Origin: Tolypothrix carrinoi HA7290-LM1
GTDB lineage: Bacteria > Cyanobacteriota > Cyanobacteriia > Cyanobacteriales > Nostocaceae
Assembly (NCBI GenBank): GCA_019358935.1
Contig: JAHHIK010000039.1
Location: 1 to 64,000, forward strand
Direction of reading: 5' to 3'
DNA length: 64,000 bases
Below are positions 60,936 to 64,000 of this stretch, one piece after another. The position numbers and the translations under genes were made by a program. The notes beneath the pieces were generated by a model. It was not told where the DNA came from, made no database searches, and saw only the letters and a program-made list of their open reading frames with translations. Within the stretch, counting starts at the first letter, position 1. Each line of letters begins with the position of its first letter.

Positions 60936-61490
60936 ATGTTAATTCCTCAACTTAAAACTGAGCGTTTAATTTTACGCGGATTTAGAGAATCAGACCTTGA
61001 CGCTTACGCCGAAATGTGCGGCGACCCGGAAGTTATGCGCTACATCGGTACGGGCAAGCCTTTATCGCGTTGGGAATCTTGGCGAAACATGGCAATGATG
61101 CTTGGTCATTGGCAACTGCGGGGCTATGGGATGTGGGCTGTAGAAGAACGCTCTAATAATGAAATGATTGGTAGGATAGGCTGTTGGCAACCCGAAGGCT
61201 GGACTGGATTTGAGATTGGCTGGACTTTGCGACAAGCTTATTGGGGTCGTGGTTTTGCAACCGAAGGTGCAAAAGCAGCAATGCACTATGCTTTTGAAGA
61301 ATTGCAACAGTCTCATATAATTAGTTCGATTCGTCCAGATAACACTGCTTCTAAACGAGTGGCGGAAAAATTAGGAGAGAAACTCCAAGGGACAACAGAG
61401 CTTTTTGGTAGTGAAGCGGTAATCTACGGCATTAGTCGAGAAGATTGGCGCTTTAAAACTTATAAGCCACACCCAAACAAAACTGTTTAA
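60936..61490 (+). CDS. GNAT (RimJ/RimL-like) N-acetyltransferase
   Basis: TERLILR, GYGMWAVE, EIGW.L...YWGRGFATE, N.AS.RVAEKLG. Confidence 0.92.
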   Translation: MLIPQLKTERLILRGFRESDLDAYAEMCGDPEVMRYIGTGKPLSRWESWRNMAMMLGHWQLRGYGMWAVEERSNNEMIGRIGCWQPEGWTGFEIGWTLRQAYWGRGFATEGAKAAMHYAFEELQQSHIISSIRPDNTASKRVAEKLGEKLQGTTELFGSEAVIYGISREDWRFKTYKPHPNKTV

Positions 61491-61531
61491 AAAACACAAA
61501 CCAGGGGAACACTGTAATTAACCCGCAACCT

Positions 61532-62677
61532 TTGCAGACAAAGGCTATGGGAGATGTTTCCCAAGGAAGTTTAACAGTGGTATTGTTTTGCGATCGCATT
61601 AGTTTATTAATTACTTCTACTGTGTTAGGGTTGGCAATCTCAATAACGATTCCAGCCAATGCTGAAAAAAATAGTAGTTCTCCCCCACAAACAAACAGTA
61701 ACGTAGATTCATCAGAGTTAACCCCCTCTTACCCAGCTTCACCACCACCACCGCGAAAAGACCCTTTACCCGACGACAGGGATCTGCAAGAACGTTTAAA
61801 ACAAACTGATTATCGTGTGAGTAACTTGCTGGGGGATGTTACAGGTAATCTTTGGGTGGGTTCTTGGCGGGGATTGTCGCACATTGACCCGAACACCGGT
61901 AAGATTTTAGGTAGAGTTAGTTTACCAAATGTCGCGATCGGTGCTTTGGCTCAAGACAAAGTAGGACGCTTGTGGGTAGGAAATTACGAAGGATTGCAGC
62001 GAGTAGATCCGCGTACAAATGAAATCACAGCACAGAATTTATTTTTGCCTTCTAAACGAGTTTTATCGCTGTTGATTGACAAACGCGGTTATTTGTGGAC
62101 GGGAACTGATAACGGTGTAGCCTTAATTAGCCCAGACCAAGGTTTAATTATGACAACAGTTAAAGAACTTCCTGGGGTTAGCGCTAACGCTTTAACTTTA
62201 GATGCTGATGGTCAACTTTGGGTTGGGACGCTTGATGGAGTAGTGCGGGTAAATACGAAGAATGCTTACGTGATGAAGTGGATCAACAATTTACCAGGAA
62301 CAACAGTCCAAGCTTTAGCAATTAGTCCAGAAGGATTAATTTGGGCAGGAATGCCGAATAATTTGCTGGTTATTAATCCGAAAACTGGTGCAGTGTTACG
62401 GTCTGTCACTCGGTTGCGCGGACGTAACGTCACAGCAGTACGCTTTGCTAAAGATGGTAGTGTTTGGGTCGGAACTAACGATGGTTTGTTAAGATTAAAT
62501 CCACATACAGGAGCTGTATTAGACGAAGTTGCCGGTCTTCCTTCTAGTCGTGTGTTTGCCCTTGCACCTGACATCGGTAATAAACTATGGATCGGTACTA
62601 GTGAAGGTTTAGCTTGGTTAATGCCAAAAATGCCACAGGCAAAAACTCATCTGGCTTTTAGTCGCGCTGTTAAATAA
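61532..62677 (+). CDS. Exported beta-propeller protein (two-component-regulator propeller repeats); start uncertain
   Basis: Repeated D..G.LWVGT..GL motifs, signal-like N-terminus. Confidence 0.85.
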   Translation: MQTKAMGDVSQGSLTVVLFCDRISLLITSTVLGLAISITIPANAEKNSSSPPQTNSNVDSSELTPSYPASPPPPRKDPLPDDRDLQERLKQTDYRVSNLLGDVTGNLWVGSWRGLSHIDPNTGKILGRVSLPNVAIGALAQDKVGRLWVGNYEGLQRVDPRTNEITAQNLFLPSKRVLSLLIDKRGYLWTGTDNGVALISPDQGLIMTTVKELPGVSANALTLDADGQLWVGTLDGVVRVNTKNAYVMKWINNLPGTTVQALAISPEGLIWAGMPNNLLVINPKTGAVLRSVTRLRGRNVTAVRFAKDGSVWVGTNDGLLRLNPHTGAVLDEVAGLPSSRVFALAPDIGNKLWIGTSEGLAWLMPKMPQAKTHLAFSRAVK

Positions 62678-62975
62678 GGGTTAGTGGGTAGTTGATAGTG
62701 GATAGTGGATAGTGGTTAGTGGGTAGTGGTTAGTTGATAGTGGGTAGTGGATAGTGGGTAGTGGTTAGTTGATAGTGGTTGGTAGATAATTCTTAACCGT
62801 AAACTAACAACTCACAACTAACAACTCACAACTCACAACTCACAACTAACCACTCACAACTCACAACTAACAACTCACAACTCACAACTCACAACTAACC
62901 ACTAACCACTCACAACTAACCACTAACCACTCACAACTCACAACTAACCACTAACCACTAACCACTAACAACTAA
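62678..62975. repeat. Inverted pair of STRR tracts (GTGGATA/GTGGTTA ... CAACTCA/CCACTAA)
   Basis: Heptamer periodicity. Confidence 0.9.
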
Positions 62976-62985
62976 TCAATCCAAA

Positions 62986-63756
62986 ATGCCAGTCACTACC
63001 CAACAATTAATTCAATGGAAACAACAAAAGCGTTCGATTGTGGCTTTGACTGCTTGGGATTATGCGATCGCACAAATCCTTGATGCTGCTGGTGTAGATT
63101 TAATTTTGGTGGGTGACTCGATGGCGGTGGTGTTGGGGTATGAAACAACACTACCAATTACTTTGGATGAAATGCTCTACCATGCCAAAGCTGTGCGCCG
63201 TGGTGTAAAACGCGCTTTGATAGTGGTAGATTTACCATTTTTGACGTATCAAGAAAGTATTCAGCAAGCGATGCACTCAGCCGGCAGGGTGTTGAAGGAG
63301 ACGGGAGCGCAAGCAGTAAAATTAGAGGGTGGCTATCCGGCAATGATCGAAACGATCGCTCGTTTGGTGCAAGCGGGAATTCCGGTAATGGGTCATGTGG
63401 GTTTGACACCACAATCGATACATCAAATTGGCTTGCGACAACAGGGAAAGACTCAAGACGATAGTGAGAGAATTTTAAATGAAGCGATCGCTCTTGAACA
63501 AGCGGGTGTGTTTTCAATTGTTTTAGAGCATATAAACGCAGATTTAGCAATGCAAATTACACAAAAGTTGAGCATTCCCACAATTGGTATTGGTGCGGGA
63601 GTGCATTGTGATGGACAAGTGTTAGTTACTTCTGATGTGTTGGGACTTTCAGAAAAACAACCTCCCTTTGCTAAAGTTTATACAAATCTGCGGGAGACGA
63701 TTAACAAAGCTGTGCAGGAATACTCTGTGGAAGTGCGAGAAAAGAAGTTTCCATAA
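62986..63756 (+). CDS. panB: 3-methyl-2-oxobutanoate hydroxymethyltransferase
   Basis: [41 protein letters not shown]. Confidence 0.97.
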   Translation: MPVTTQQLIQWKQQKRSIVALTAWDYAIAQILDAAGVDLILVGDSMAVVLGYETTLPITLDEMLYHAKAVRRGVKRALIVVDLPFLTYQESIQQAMHSAGRVLKETGAQAVKLEGGYPAMIETIARLVQAGIPVMGHVGLTPQSIHQIGLRQQGKTQDDSERILNEAIALEQAGVFSIVLEHINADLAMQITQKLSIPTIGIGAGVHCDGQVLVTSDVLGLSEKQPPFAKVYTNLRETINKAVQEYSVEVREKKFP

Positions 63757-63826
63757 GGAAAGGAAAGCATTTCAGTTTTGCGAATGCGGATATTGTAAGA
63801 TTACAGAAAGCGCCAACATATTCAGC

Positions 63827-64000
63827 GTGAAAACTGACAGTATCTTTTATCGCCTATTTCAAGAATTTCCTAGCATCTTCTTTGAACTTATTGGCAATCC
63901 TCCCGAAGCTGCAAATACCTATCAATTTGCTTCAGTTGAAATCAAGCAAACAGCTTTTAGAATTGATGGTGTGTTTCTTCCCACCCAAGAAGAAAATAAC
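63827..64000 (+). CDS. Rpn-family (DUF2887) nuclease/putative transposase, 5' part only
   Basis: GTG start; MKTDSIFYRLFQEFPSIFFELIG...YQFASVEIKQTAFRIDGVFLP. Confidence 0.8.
   Translation, partial: MKTDSIFYRLFQEFPSIFFELIGNPPEAANTYQFASVEIKQTAFRIDGVFLPTQEENN

Overview
Chromosomal window of a heterocyst-forming filamentous cyanobacterium (Nostocales, inferred from dense HIP1 GCGATCGC octamers, heptamer STRR arrays, Nostoc-type psaAB and rbcL-rbcX-rbcS). Housekeeping genes: thiE-thiS, purU, potC-like permease, tmk-holB, psaA-psaB, glutaminase, rbcLXS and panB. It also holds a GldA/GldF/GldG/DUF4340 ABC system, two DUF1565 proteins, a PemK/MazF-like toxin pair and two divergent hybrid histidine kinases. 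Likely general-stress/desiccation genes are spread through it: GT4, a phosphoribosyltransferase, a GSP26-like protein, a KGG protein, sucrose synthase plus a GH65/beta-PGM fusion, DUF3140 and DUF2945. No CRISPR array, rRNA, tRNA or intact transposase was seen. The most striking unannotated signal is a family of 45/48-nt stem-loop elements (5'-GAG...GT-3') with compensatory base changes. They show no target-site duplication where an empty site can be compared, nest inside each other, and add in-frame peptides to three proteins. Other notable points: a shared pseudo-palindromic motif placed 24-25 nt from -10-like boxes at four stress genes, an orphan DpdE-like SNF2 protein with degenerate ATPase motifs, a probable truncated-haemoglobin remnant, and a multiply frameshifted GNAT pseudogene. 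All family assignments come from reading sequence motifs; no database search was run.
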